From positions 10,096-74,095 of the forward strand of contig CP064977.1 of NCBI GenBank assembly GCA_016699465.1: 64,000 bases of DNA. Reading direction: 5' to 3'. The notes below the pieces were generated by a model. That model had not been told where the DNA came from, did no database searches, and was given only the letters and a program-made list of their open reading frames with translations. Position 1 is the first letter of the stretch; each line of letters begins with the position of its first letter. This document shows, piece after piece, positions 55,658 to 64,000 of this stretch. Origin of the DNA: Candidatus Campbellbacteria bacterium (GTDB lineage: Bacteria > Patescibacteriota > Minisyncoccia > Phycocordibacterales > EsbW-18). A program made the position numbers and the translations under genes.

Positions 55658-56947
55658 GTGGTCCATGTATACTATGTTTATATGGGTTTTGAACAAAAAA
55701 AAGATCTTAGTTCACAGGAAGATGGTCCAAACACAGAGGGGTTTGAAGGAGTCGTTTTTGAGCACCTTATAGAGGGTTCAAAAATTATTGGCTCAGGAAA
55801 AGATGGAGTTGTGTTTCGTCTTTTTCCGGAAGAAATGGATCCTCCTGAAGTTGAAACACTTGTACATTCGGGAATGTTATCTGAAAACGATATAGATTCC
55901 CATGCTGTGAAAATATTAAAAATATACCAGCGTGGTAAGGCTCGAGAGGAATATGATTTACATGCTCGCGCGTTTGCCGTTCTTCAAGAGGCGGGAGGAT
56001 ATGATGCGGGGCTATGTTGTGTACCTACTATTTCGTCCACTACACATCAAAACCTCACAGAACGCGCTCAACAACTTTTAAATAGTTATGATGCAAAGTT
56101 GGGGCGGGAAGCGGAACTTTTGTTAATGGAATATGTTGATGGTAAAGACCTTGGAACGGTTATGTATGAGCACGTACTCAAGCATGATGGATTGGATGAG
56201 GTCGATTACGGAGATATGACATTTGATGAAAAAGAGGCAGAGGTGGGGCGCATTCTTGGGTTTGAGCGCCCGAATCTTGAGGGAAAGACTCCGGAAGAAG
56301 AACAATCTGCTCGTTCAATTACGTTTGCTCGGAATGAACAAAAACTTATAAAACATCTTCGACAATCTGGTTTTGTGTTATCTCCAGAAGTCCTTACTCG
56401 TATTGAAAATACATTGGCTGTGTTACATAAAAAAGGTTTTTACCACAATGATTTACATAAGCGAAACGTTATGATTGGAACAGATGGGAGAGTATTTCTT
56501 ATTGACTTTGGTCGTTCAGGGGGTCATCCCGAAGAGGGTGGTTTAGATGATACCGCTGGTATTCGTATGTGGAAGCCACTTACCATGAACGAACACGCTG
56601 AAGTGGAACAGAAACGCCTACAAGACAAAAGACAGTGGAATGGTGTATATGGTCAAATGGTGAAAAGTCAGAAGTACGTAGAGGAAATGAAAAAATTACA
56701 AAATGATGTTGCACAACACGGAGTATCGGAACTCGAAAAAAGAGTAGCTCTTACGATGGGTGGTGGAAATAAGTTTGAATACTTTCTTGTTATGTTAAAA
56801 GCGCTTTTTGGGAATACAACTACAGAGGAGTATGTGCAATATTTCATTACCTCACTGATGTCATCTGAAACAATACTACATACTCCAGAAAGAAAATTGG
56901 TACAACGTTTTTTTGAGAGTGGTTTTTGGAACGAAACTACAACATAG
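55658..56947 (+). CDS. Divergent eukaryotic-like (Hanks-type) protein kinase fold protein
   Basis: Gly-rich loop IGSGKDGVV, a Lys in AVKILK, catalytic loop YHNDLHKRNVMI, DFG as LIDFGRS, and a long C-terminal extension. Confidence 0.55.
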   Translation: MVHVYYVYMGFEQKKDLSSQEDGPNTEGFEGVVFEHLIEGSKIIGSGKDGVVFRLFPEEMDPPEVETLVHSGMLSENDIDSHAVKILKIYQRGKAREEYDLHARAFAVLQEAGGYDAGLCCVPTISSTTHQNLTERAQQLLNSYDAKLGREAELLLMEYVDGKDLGTVMYEHVLKHDGLDEVDYGDMTFDEKEAEVGRILGFERPNLEGKTPEEEQSARSITFARNEQKLIKHLRQSGFVLSPEVLTRIENTLAVLHKKGFYHNDLHKRNVMIGTDGRVFLIDFGRSGGHPEEGGLDDTAGIRMWKPLTMNEHAEVEQKRLQDKRQWNGVYGQMVKSQKYVEEMKKLQNDVAQHGVSELEKRVALTMGGGNKFEYFLVMLKALFGNTTTEEYVQYFITSLMSSETILHTPERKLVQRFFESGFWNETTT

Positions 56948-56964
56948 TGCTAATCGAGTGTGTA

Positions 56965-57951
56965 TTAAAACGCTCCACAGGTGCTTGTTGCGGTGGAGCC
57001 GTCTTTTTCAAGCCATGTAAATGACTCATCAGTGGTATATGACATGTTTGGTGGAGTTATGGTGAGTGTGACGAGGGCTCCACACCGAACAGTGCTTTTC
57101 CAATATTGATCAAAAATAAAATTACCGAGCGAATAGTAAATTGTTTTACCTTTATATAGTTCCTTATTTTGAATAACATGTGGGTGTGAACCAATAACCG
57201 TGTCAGCTCCGGCATCAATAAAGCGATGGGCGAGTTGCTGTTGGAATGCGTTAGCTGTTGTTTCATATTCGGACCCCCAATGAGTGTACACAACAACAAA
57301 ATCAACAGTACGTGATAGGTTTTCTATACTTTGAACCAACTCCTCTTCGTTAAAAGGGAAGAACTCATTAAAAGCAACAAATCCCACAGATATTCCGTTG
57401 ATATCCTGTGTGAGTATGCTATTGGTGTATGGTTCTCCAAAATATTTTAAATCTGCTTCCTGTAGATATTTTTTTGTTTGCTCCAAACCGTCGGTACCAA
57501 AATTAAGAATGTGATTATTCCCAAGAGAAACCGCATCAACACCAGCGTTGCTGAGTGTTTGAACAGCACTGGGTGAGAACGTGAAGACGAAATTATTTGG
57601 TTCTGCCGGCAATGTACCACTACTGTACGAAGGATATGCAGTCACAGGACCCTCAAGGTTTGCTACAACAAAATCACTCTGGTCTAAAAGGGGTGAGATA
57701 TTTTTGAGTATGTTTTGGTATCCGCTGTCCGCATTCATTTCTCTAATGTAGCGGTCCAACATGATATCTCCAGCAAAGGTGAGTGTGATTGGCTCCTTAT
57801 TTCTAAATAGAGAGGCAACTCCAGAGGCAATGGCGGTGGTGACAGTGCTGTGCGACGCAAAAGAAACCGCTACCACGGCCAAACCAACAAATGCGCCAAT
57901 TGCAATAAACACTTTTAAAGCTTTCATATCCGCATTGTACCGTTTTTCCAA
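56965..57951 (-). CDS. CapA/PgsA-family metallophosphatase-like protein (poly-gamma-glutamate synthesis family), membrane anchored
   Basis: TLTFAGDIMLDR, VANLEGPVT, GNNHILNFG. Confidence 0.75.
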   Translation of the reverse strand: MEKRYNADMKALKVFIAIGAFVGLAVVAVSFASHSTVTTAIASGVASLFRNKEPITLTFAGDIMLDRYIREMNADSGYQNILKNISPLLDQSDFVVANLEGPVTAYPSYSSGTLPAEPNNFVFTFSPSAVQTLSNAGVDAVSLGNNHILNFGTDGLEQTKKYLQEADLKYFGEPYTNSILTQDINGISVGFVAFNEFFPFNEEELVQSIENLSRTVDFVVVYTHWGSEYETTANAFQQQLAHRFIDAGADTVIGSHPHVIQNKELYKGKTIYYSLGNFIFDQYWKSTVRCGALVTLTITPPNMSYTTDESFTWLEKDGSTATSTCGAF

Positions 57952-57993
57952 GCGTTGAAAAGGGGTTTTACTTGACGTACAATGCCTGTATTC

Positions 57994-58068
57994 GCGCCCT
58001 TAGCTCAGGGGTAGAGCGTTACATTGACATTGTAAAGGCCGTAGGTCCGATTCCTACAGGGCGCACCA
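57994..58068 (+). tRNA. tRNA-Val(GAC), CCA encoded
   Basis: GCGCCCT-TA-GCTCAGGGGTAGAGC, anticodon loop TTGACAT, T-arm GTAGG-TCCGATT-CCTAC. Confidence 0.85.
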
Positions 58069-58133
58069 CGTTTCGTTTACTCTTTTGTAGGGCTAGTGTA
58101 GTATTGCTACAGATATACCCTAAGGAGGTAGTA

Positions 58134-58307
58134 ATGAATACAGTGGCACTTACTGTAGAAGAGCTTCAGAGACGAGGGGAAGAATTGTACAATAGTCGTC
58201 CCCAGTTTCCATTCTGGCTTCTGTGCAAGCTAATTTATCATACTATTCGTGGTCGAAACTCAAGGTTTGTTCTTCTGTGTCCTCCGTATACCATCAACCC
58301 CCAGTAA
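58134..58307 (+). CDS. Small hypothetical protein (57 aa) with a strong Shine-Dalgarno sequence
   Basis: AAGGAGGT lies 6 nt before the ATG. The terminator hairpin aaccccc-agtaatgc-tgggggttg follows. Confidence 0.35.
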   Translation: MNTVALTVEELQRRGEELYNSRPQFPFWLLCKLIYHTIRGRNSRFVLLCPPYTINPQ

Positions 58308-58332
58308 TGCTGGGGGTTGTTCTTTTATGCAC

Positions 58333-59256
58333 TTATTTTCCCGTCTTCAGATAGAGATATAAATCTTCTATTGCGCGAACCGCATCGCCCGCAGCGATGT
58401 TGTTTTGGTGGTATTTGATGTTTGAACAATCTCCTGCGGCCCAGATACCAAGTGCCGATGTTCGTTGTGTCCAAGGATCAATTTTTATACGTTTGTAGTC
58501 GTCCACATCAACAAGAGAACCAACAAAGGAGGTGCTTGGCATGAGGCCTATTTCAACAAAAATACCTGTGACAGGAAGCTCATGCTTTTCGTGTGTTGTT
58601 GTGTCCTCGTATACTATTCCTGTAACGAATTTCTCTCCCTTCACCTCAACAACTTCAGTGTTCAGAATTCCTATGACGTTTGGATGTGCGAGTACTTTTG
58701 CAACAGTTACTTCGTCCGCTTTGTAGCGGTCTCCGTGTTGTAAGATGGTGACACTTTTACAGTAGGTGAGCAGTTGTGCGGCACTTTCAAATCCTGCATT
58801 TCCTCCGCCAACTACGGCGACATCTTGTCCAGAAAAGAGTGGGCCATCACATGATGCGCAGTAGGTGAGTCCTTTGTTTTCAAATGTGTCAGCACCAGGC
58901 ACAGTAAGTTTGCGTCGTGTGGAACCGCTTGTAATCAACACGGAGCGTCCTGTGAATGTCTCTTTGTCTGTGATGACGGTAAATACACCTTCTTTGTGTT
59001 CAACACTTTGTACCCACACACCTTCGCGTACGGTTACAAAGTCAGAGTGTTGCGCGACATGATTCTTAAAAGATGCTGCAAGATCAGCTCCTGAAATGGA
59101 AGGTGTACCTATCCAGTTTTGGATATCTTCTGAGACAATACTTTGTCCACCGAATTCTTTACAGAGTAGAAGTGTTTTAAGTTGTTTGCGGGCTGCATAG
59201 ACAGCGGCAGCTGCTCCGCCAGGTCCTGCTCCGATGATGATTACGTCGTACGCCAT
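58333..59256 (-). CDS. trxB: Thioredoxin reductase
   Basis: FAD motif GAGPGGAAAA, the redox-active CASCDG, and NADPH motif GGGNAG. Confidence 0.9.
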   Translation of the reverse strand: MAYDVIIIGAGPGGAAAAVYAARKQLKTLLLCKEFGGQSIVSEDIQNWIGTPSISGADLAASFKNHVAQHSDFVTVREGVWVQSVEHKEGVFTVITDKETFTGRSVLITSGSTRRKLTVPGADTFENKGLTYCASCDGPLFSGQDVAVVGGGNAGFESAAQLLTYCKSVTILQHGDRYKADEVTVAKVLAHPNVIGILNTEVVEVKGEKFVTGIVYEDTTTHEKHELPVTGIFVEIGLMPSTSFVGSLVDVDDYKRIKIDPWTQRTSALGIWAAGDCSNIKYHQNNIAAGDAVRAIEDLYLYLKTGK

Positions 59257-59290
59257 AGTTTATTAGGTTATAGGTTGCTAGCTTATAGCT

Positions 59291-59665
59291 TCACTGGGAA
59301 GCGGGTTTGTTTAACCGCCGTATTATAACATTGAGCATGCACATTGCCTCATTCAACAACGAATTCACCTCAGTATATTTTTCATTTGGTATAGTTGTGA
59401 CCTTTTGAGCAATAGAGAGTTGGGTTTCAAGTTCTGCTCCAGACGCATACGCTATTCGTAAAAACTGAAGAAAATCTTTTCGTGTTCCGCGATAACGACC
59501 CTCGGCAATGTTTGAGGCAATAGAAACAGCCGAACGCCGTATTTGAGACGTTAGACTGTATAGTTCGTTTCGTGGAAAAGTATTGGTCAGTGCGTATGTT
59601 GCAACGGCAAGTGAGATTGCTTTTTGCCACACGACTAAATCCTTATACGAATGGAGTGGTTCCAT
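59291..59665 (-). CDS. Four-helix-bundle protein of the 23S rRNA intervening-sequence (IVS) family
   Basis: SIASNIAEG...FLQFLRIAYASGAELETQLSIA, the typical four-helix-bundle IVS-protein signature. Confidence 0.75.
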   Translation of the reverse strand: MEPLHSYKDLVVWQKAISLAVATYALTNTFPRNELYSLTSQIRRSAVSIASNIAEGRYRGTRKDFLQFLRIAYASGAELETQLSIAQKVTTIPNEKYTEVNSLLNEAMCMLNVIIRRLNKPASQ

Positions 59666-59759
59666 GTATATAAGATACTCCGTCTGTGTTCAAATAAATC
59701 TAAATTACAGGCTAACAAGCTACTGAAGCTAGTAAGCTAACAAAGCTATAAGCTAGTTT

Positions 59760-60983
59760 CTATTTTTTGCGTCGCAAGAATGCGGGAATAGCACCCCAAT
59801 CATCTTCTTCGTCTATTTCTGCTTTTGGTTTGAGGTCGTTTTTTTCAATAACTGCTTTTGGTTCCTCAACAAAAACTTCCTCCTTGAGTTCTTCAATCTC
59901 GTTTTTCTTTTCTTTACTCTTCAATTCTACAGGGGTTGTTTTTGTGAATGAGTTAAAAATACTACCCGATTCCTCCTTTTCTTTTCGTACAGCTCCTGTG
60001 AACAGAGATGGCGATACGCCGTTACCTTCAGGGAAACCAGATGCAATGACAGTGACTTTGATCTCGTTTTTCTTGAGACGCTCATCTTTAACGGCACCAA
60101 AGATAATTTTTGCTTCCTTATCAACATTTTCGGTAATAACCTTTGCTGCATCATGTACTTCCATCATAGTGAGGTCATCACTACCGGCAATCGTAAAGAG
60201 CACGCCCTTTGCCCCAGTAACTGATACATCGAGAAGAGGAGAATTGATAGCTTGTTGAGCGGCTTCAACTGCACGACGTTCACCTGTGCCGAGCCCAATT
60301 CCCATGAGGGCTGAACCAGTGTTTTGTAAGACGGCGCGAATATCGGCGAAGTCCAAGTTCACAATACCTGGCATCGTGATAAGGTCGGCAATACCTTCAA
60401 CCGCCTGACGCAACACCTCGTCACACATAGAGAATGCATTTTTGAGTGTCGTGTCTTTTTGAATAACATTAAAGAGACGATCGTTTGGAATCACGATAAT
60501 TGAGTCAACTTCTTTCTTGAGCTCTTCAATTGCTTGCTGAGCGATACGTTGACGTTGCAATCCTTCAAAACTGAATGGTTTGGTCACAACACCAATAACA
60601 AGCGCTCCGAGTTCGCGGGCTACTTGTGCAACAACAGGAGATGCTCCTGAACCAGTTCCACCTCCAAGTCCTCCGGCAACAAACACCATGTCTGCGCCTT
60701 TGAGTGCCTCTTGTATTTCTTCTTTTGTTTCTTCTGCGGCACGTCGTCCAACACTTGGATCCATTCCTGCACCGAGTCCTTTTGTGAGATTTTTTCCAAT
60801 GTGGATTTTTTTCTTTGCGTTGCTGTGGTGAAGGTCTTGCGCGTCTGTGTTGATAGAGATGAATTCAACACCACGAACTTTTTCGTTAATCATGTGGTTA
60901 ACAGCATTGAGACCCGATCCGCCGACACCGACGACTTTGATTCGAGCGAATGCTTCCACGACTGGTTCAATTTTGGTAGCCAT
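59760..60983 (-). CDS. ftsZ: Cell division GTPase FtsZ
   Basis: [11 protein letters not shown] tubulin signature and NTDAQ. Confidence 0.95.
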   Translation of the reverse strand: MATKIEPVVEAFARIKVVGVGGSGLNAVNHMINEKVRGVEFISINTDAQDLHHSNAKKKIHIGKNLTKGLGAGMDPSVGRRAAEETKEEIQEALKGADMVFVAGGLGGGTGSGASPVVAQVARELGALVIGVVTKPFSFEGLQRQRIAQQAIEELKKEVDSIIVIPNDRLFNVIQKDTTLKNAFSMCDEVLRQAVEGIADLITMPGIVNLDFADIRAVLQNTGSALMGIGLGTGERRAVEAAQQAINSPLLDVSVTGAKGVLFTIAGSDDLTMMEVHDAAKVITENVDKEAKIIFGAVKDERLKKNEIKVTVIASGFPEGNGVSPSLFTGAVRKEKEESGSIFNSFTKTTPVELKSKEKKNEIEELKEEVFVEEPKAVIEKNDLKPKAEIDEEDDWGAIPAFLRRKK

Positions 60984-61149
60984 AAATATTAAGAAAGAAA
61001 CTGGCCTGAGATTGTCTCTGCGGGCCTATTACTACCCCTGTAATATAGCCATCGTATCAGATAGAATCGTCCTTGGCTATATGCACTTCGAGGTGAAAAA
61101 TAGTTGACGAATGTTGTATATATTCTCTAATTGCAACACCTCGAGTTGA

Positions 61150-62349
61150 TTAGGGAAGAAATTTTTTGATGAGCTCACCAATTCGAGATCCGCTATTTTT
61201 TAGGAGCTTAAAGTTCTGTCCTGCGAGTGAGGAGTGAGAACGTTTTGTTATATCTGGAGAAAGTCCAAAGATGGAAAGGCCATATGCAACCGTCCACGAG
61301 GGGTCATATACTTGCCCGTGTGCGGTGCTGTTTGTTTCAATGGTTCCGAGTCGCGAGGGAAGTCCGAGAACATTTTTTGCGATGTCGGCAATTGATGGAA
61401 TTTGAGCACCACCTCCCGCGAGTACAATACCTGCAGGGAGTAAACCGTCTTTTCCCATTTTTTTCAAATGTGTTTGTACTAAATCAAAAATATCTTTAAG
61501 ACGCGCGTTTACAATTTCATCAATTTTTTTCTTTGGGTATTGTACAGACATGCCCGTTCCCATCTTCACGCGCTCAGCCTCTTCAATGGAGATGCGTAAT
61601 CCGAGTGCAATGTCGTTCGTAATGTCGTTACCACCTCGAGGAAATACTTTGAGTGAAAGAGGGGTGTCGTTTTCATACACAACGAGAGATACTGTTTCTG
61701 AGCCAATATCAACGAGTACCACTCCAGCAATTCGTTGTGCTTTGGTGAGTGTGGCGATAGCTGATGCAACCGGTGACGCGACGAACTCACGAACTTCAAC
61801 ACCTGCACTTTCAACAGCTTCGATTATATCGGACAAGTGTTGCTCTAAGATGGTTATGAAGAGCGTCTTTACTTCGAGTTTCAAACCGCGCATACCAACA
61901 ACACGACCGAGTGCTTCTTTGCCATCGATTTTGTATGACAGGGGAATAGTTTCAATTATTTTTCGATTCATTCGTGCAACCTCAGGAAGCATTTCTTGAC
62001 TTGCTGAAAGTACCCGCGAAACATCAAGATCGGTGATTTCTGAATCAGCACGGGCAATGCTTGTTGAACCGACTGTGGTGAATGATTCGAGGCCTGTTCC
62101 ACCAACTGACAAAATAACATTTTGAATTTGTACACGCGCTGCGCGCTGGGCTTGAGAGAGTGCCCGGGCAACACTTTTGGTCACCTGTTCTTGGTCGACG
62201 ACGTATCCGTGACGTAATCCTGATGATTCTGAAAACCCTATACCAATAACACGACGTAGCGGACCACGATCTGTTTTTACATATTCTGAAACAACGACGC
62301 GAACAGTCGTTGTCCCAATAGCAAGACCTGTGGAAATAGTTCTACTCAT
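61150..62349 (-). CDS. ftsA: Cell division protein FtsA (actin-like ATPase)
   Basis: Actin-fold phosphate motifs (GLAIGTTTVRVVV, VDIGSETV, LAGGGAQ). Located upstream of ftsZ. Confidence 0.9.
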   Translation of the reverse strand: MSRTISTGLAIGTTTVRVVVSEYVKTDRGPLRRVIGIGFSESSGLRHGYVVDQEQVTKSVARALSQAQRAARVQIQNVILSVGGTGLESFTTVGSTSIARADSEITDLDVSRVLSASQEMLPEVARMNRKIIETIPLSYKIDGKEALGRVVGMRGLKLEVKTLFITILEQHLSDIIEAVESAGVEVREFVASPVASAIATLTKAQRIAGVVLVDIGSETVSLVVYENDTPLSLKVFPRGGNDITNDIALGLRISIEEAERVKMGTGMSVQYPKKKIDEIVNARLKDIFDLVQTHLKKMGKDGLLPAGIVLAGGGAQIPSIADIAKNVLGLPSRLGTIETNSTAHGQVYDPSWTVAYGLSIFGLSPDITKRSHSSLAGQNFKLLKNSGSRIGELIKKFLP

Positions 62350-62479
62350 AATTCTCTGTACACATAGTATATCCCGTTGTGTACACTCAAGACAAGTTAA
62401 TAGTGGAAAATACACACATGTGGCGCGCGTGTAAAAACATAAAACCGAAACTATAGTAGTTTCGGTTGAGATGAAGACG

Positions 62480-62872
62480 TTAGAAATATTTTTTCATGTA
62501 CTGCTGTTCAAGATGCTCCATGGTAGGACTATGATCGTATCCTTTGAGGTGCAGAAGTCCGTGTATAAACAAAAAATGGACGTGCTCTAGAATGGTAGAT
62601 TCAAAACGGGCCGCTTCTCTTCGAGCACAAGGAATGTTGATATAGAGCTCTCCAGAGGTTTTTGAAAGGGGAAATGCGAGAACATTCGTGCTTTTGTGCT
62701 TATCTCGGTATGTTGTATTGAGTCGTTTTGAAAAAGTGTCCCCAATAAAAACAATTGTTAGTTCATAGGATAATCCAAGGACGTCTTCCGCAACACGGGC
62801 AAAAACACGACCCTCTTTCTGTATTGAAAGAGGGGCGGTGCTTTTAAGTGTTGTCGTACAGTGCGTTGCCAT
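62480..62872 (-). CDS. ybeY: Endoribonuclease YbeY
   Basis: HGLLHLKGYDH zinc motif. Confidence 0.85.
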   Translation of the reverse strand: MATHCTTTLKSTAPLSIQKEGRVFARVAEDVLGLSYELTIVFIGDTFSKRLNTTYRDKHKSTNVLAFPLSKTSGELYINIPCARREAARFESTILEHVHFLFIHGLLHLKGYDHSPTMEHLEQQYMKKYF

Positions 62873-62880
62873 GGTGCCTG

Positions 62881-63111
62881 TTACGCGTGGTCAACGTGAC
62901 CAAGTTTGAAAAGTCGTTCACGTTCAACCTTCTTCTCGATGGCACGAAGACGGTTCTTTTTTGTAACGTAACTTGAAAGATCCCGTTTGTGGTATCGAAT
63001 AGTGCGAAGCTTGCGGAGTCCTCCCCACTCGTTCACTTTTTGACGGAAACGACGAAGCAGGCTCATGTTGTTTTCGCGCTCTGTTTTGACGATGTTTACA
63101 TTTGCTTTCAT
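62881..63111 (-). CDS. rpsU: 30S ribosomal protein S21 (start taken at the internal MKANV)
   Basis: VKTERENNMSLLRRFRQKV...RRYHKRDLSSYVTKKNRLRAIEKK resembles the bS21 pattern V.V.ENE..D.ALRRFKR..E..G.L.E.RRR..YEKP...RKR. Confidence 0.6.
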   Translation of the reverse strand: MKANVNIVKTERENNMSLLRRFRQKVNEWGGLRKLRTIRYHKRDLSSYVTKKNRLRAIEKKVERERLFKLGHVDHA

Positions 63112-63155
63112 GAGAGAGCATTCTACCATGCTAAAAAAAGCTGCGCAAGGAGCTT

Positions 63156-64000
63156 TTACGCTCGGCGGACGCGGTCCTTGAGGTAGAGAGAGAGCTGTGC
63201 GAGAGGAACTGTTTCTTGTTGGTTGGTCATAATGTGGCGTACCAGTGCGGTTCCCTCGCATACTTCTCGTTGGCCAATAATGACCACAAAGGGAACTCCT
63301 AGTTCTCGGGCCTCGTCCATCTGTTCGCAGACGCTATTTTTGTGGAGTGTTGTCGTGACACGAATGTGTGCCCTGCGAAGATCTTCTCCAACAATCAACG
63401 TGCGGATTTTTGCCTGTAATCCAACCTGAATGAGATACACTGACGCCTCGCGCGGTGCGCGTTTGAGAAGGGTTATTTTTTCATGGGGTGATTCGGTGTT
63501 AAAAAAGAATGTTGCCTGTAGTGCGGGAATACTTTTACGCATGCCAAGTTTTTTTGCGAGGTGATCGTATCGTTCTCCGAAGACAAGAGGTGTGTCTATT
63601 GGTGAGTCATTAAATGCATCTGAAAAAGAAAAAATAGTCCGTGAAGAGTAATGTTCGGAACCAACGTGTGTTGGGTCAACGGTATATGCAATACCGAGTG
63701 ATTCTAGATATTCAAGTACTTCTTTAAAGTGTCGTCGGCTTGGTTCAGATAAATAATTGAGTGACTGTGGTGCGTCTGCGCGTACATCTATGCATTTTGG
63801 ATGAGAGCAGCGCATTGGTGCAAACGTATTTTCTTTAAATGCTTCTCGACAGGGTGTTTCAAGATCACCAAGACGTGGTCTGAAGTAGTTGGCGAGTGCT
63901 TGGGTAAAGAGTGCAACTGATTCTCGCGCGCCAATACTGTTGATTGATGCAGTAATATTTTTGTGACCGTACTCAGCAAGAATTGACTGTGCTGTTTGAA
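63156..64000 (-). CDS. hisS: Histidyl-tRNA synthetase, 5'-partial. The reading frame stays open past the first Met to the window end.
   Basis: C-terminal anticodon-binding domain (GVPFVVIIGQREV). The frame continues without a stop upstream of 63815 into ...LGDLETPCREAFKENTFAP.... Confidence 0.8.
   Translation of the reverse strand, partial: QTAQSILAEYGHKNITASINSIGARESVALFTQALANYFRPRLGDLETPCREAFKENTFAPMRCSHPKCIDVRADAPQSLNYLSEPSRRHFKEVLEYLESLGIAYTVDPTHVGSEHYSSRTIFSFSDAFNDSPIDTPLVFGERYDHLAKKLGMRKSIPALQATFFFNTESPHEKITLLKRAPREASVYLIQVGLQAKIRTLIVGEDLRRAHIRVTTTLHKNSVCEQMDEARELGVPFVVIIGQREVCEGTALVRHIMTNQQETVPLAQLSLYLKDRVRRA

Noticed and set aside
57972-58133. N-terminal part of ORF 57972-58307 overlapping tRNA-Val
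   Set aside because: It overlaps the tRNA. Only the downstream part, preceded by a strong Shine-Dalgarno sequence (58134-58307), is retained as a low-confidence small gene.
63788-63979. 63-aa minus-strand ORF at the window end
   Set aside because: Different frame from hisS, which stays open through this region. Shadow ORF.

Overview
The window is AT-rich (about 40% GC), has short housekeeping genes (IF-2 of 519 aa, ValRS of about 730 aa), a class F sortase, and a tandem array of small pilin-like membrane proteins. I infer a Candidate Phyla Radiation / Parcubacteria-like bacterial chromosome from composition alone; this is not verified.

The conserved backbone, in order:
- gyrA (5' partial) and a SAM methyltransferase
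- A membrane-anchored solute-binding-like protein
- Six tandem VirB2/TrbC-like pilin paralogs
- A convergent GC-rich (about 55 to 58% GC) two-gene SPFH/flotillin cassette, probably horizontally acquired
- A minus-strand tRNA cluster (Leu-TAG, Lys-CTT, Leu-TAA, Cys-GCA) full of tRNA fragments and repeats
- rbfA and infB, cysteine desulfurase, a catalytically dead HtrA-like pseudoprotease, clpB
- tRNA-Tyr, cytidine deaminase, a GGDEF cyclase, rpmG (under 60 aa, absent from the ORF track), tRNA-Trp, a DUF192 protein
- An unusually long RNase P RNA on the minus strand, identified by P4 motifs
- murJ, lepA, an FtsB-like protein, tRNA-Gly, tRNA-Arg, tRNA-Phe, Hsp20, a PrsW protease, valS
- A 1202-aa repeat-rich surface protein with a GEVED domain, followed by a class F sortase and a CAP-domain protein
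- tsaD carrying low-complexity inserts

Positions 36.4 to 54.9 kb are accessory:
- A prophage-like integrative element carries a minimal CBASS-like module (SMODS cyclase plus a 2TM beta-rich effector) with a DUF2188 protein and a LexA-like repressor.
- The same element carries a ParB-methyltransferase fusion, TerS, TerL, a 2TM TerB/bPH-like membrane protein and a large serine recombinase.
- A copper-resistance island follows, with a duplicated [serine recombinase - palindromic operator - csoR - P-type ATPase] module. In the second copy the recombinase is degraded.
- The rest of the island is DUF305, a multicopper oxidase, an HMA-membrane protein and a cupredoxin-like protein.

The window ends with tRNA-Ser flanked by a 92-bp tandem repeat, tRNA-Glu, a eukaryotic-like kinase, CapA, tRNA-Val, trxB, an IVS four-helix-bundle gene flanked by inverted repeats, ftsZ, ftsA, ybeY, rpsU and hisS (partial).

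I found no rRNA and no CRISPR array. All calls come from reading motifs in the six-frame translations and the DNA by eye. No database search was run.
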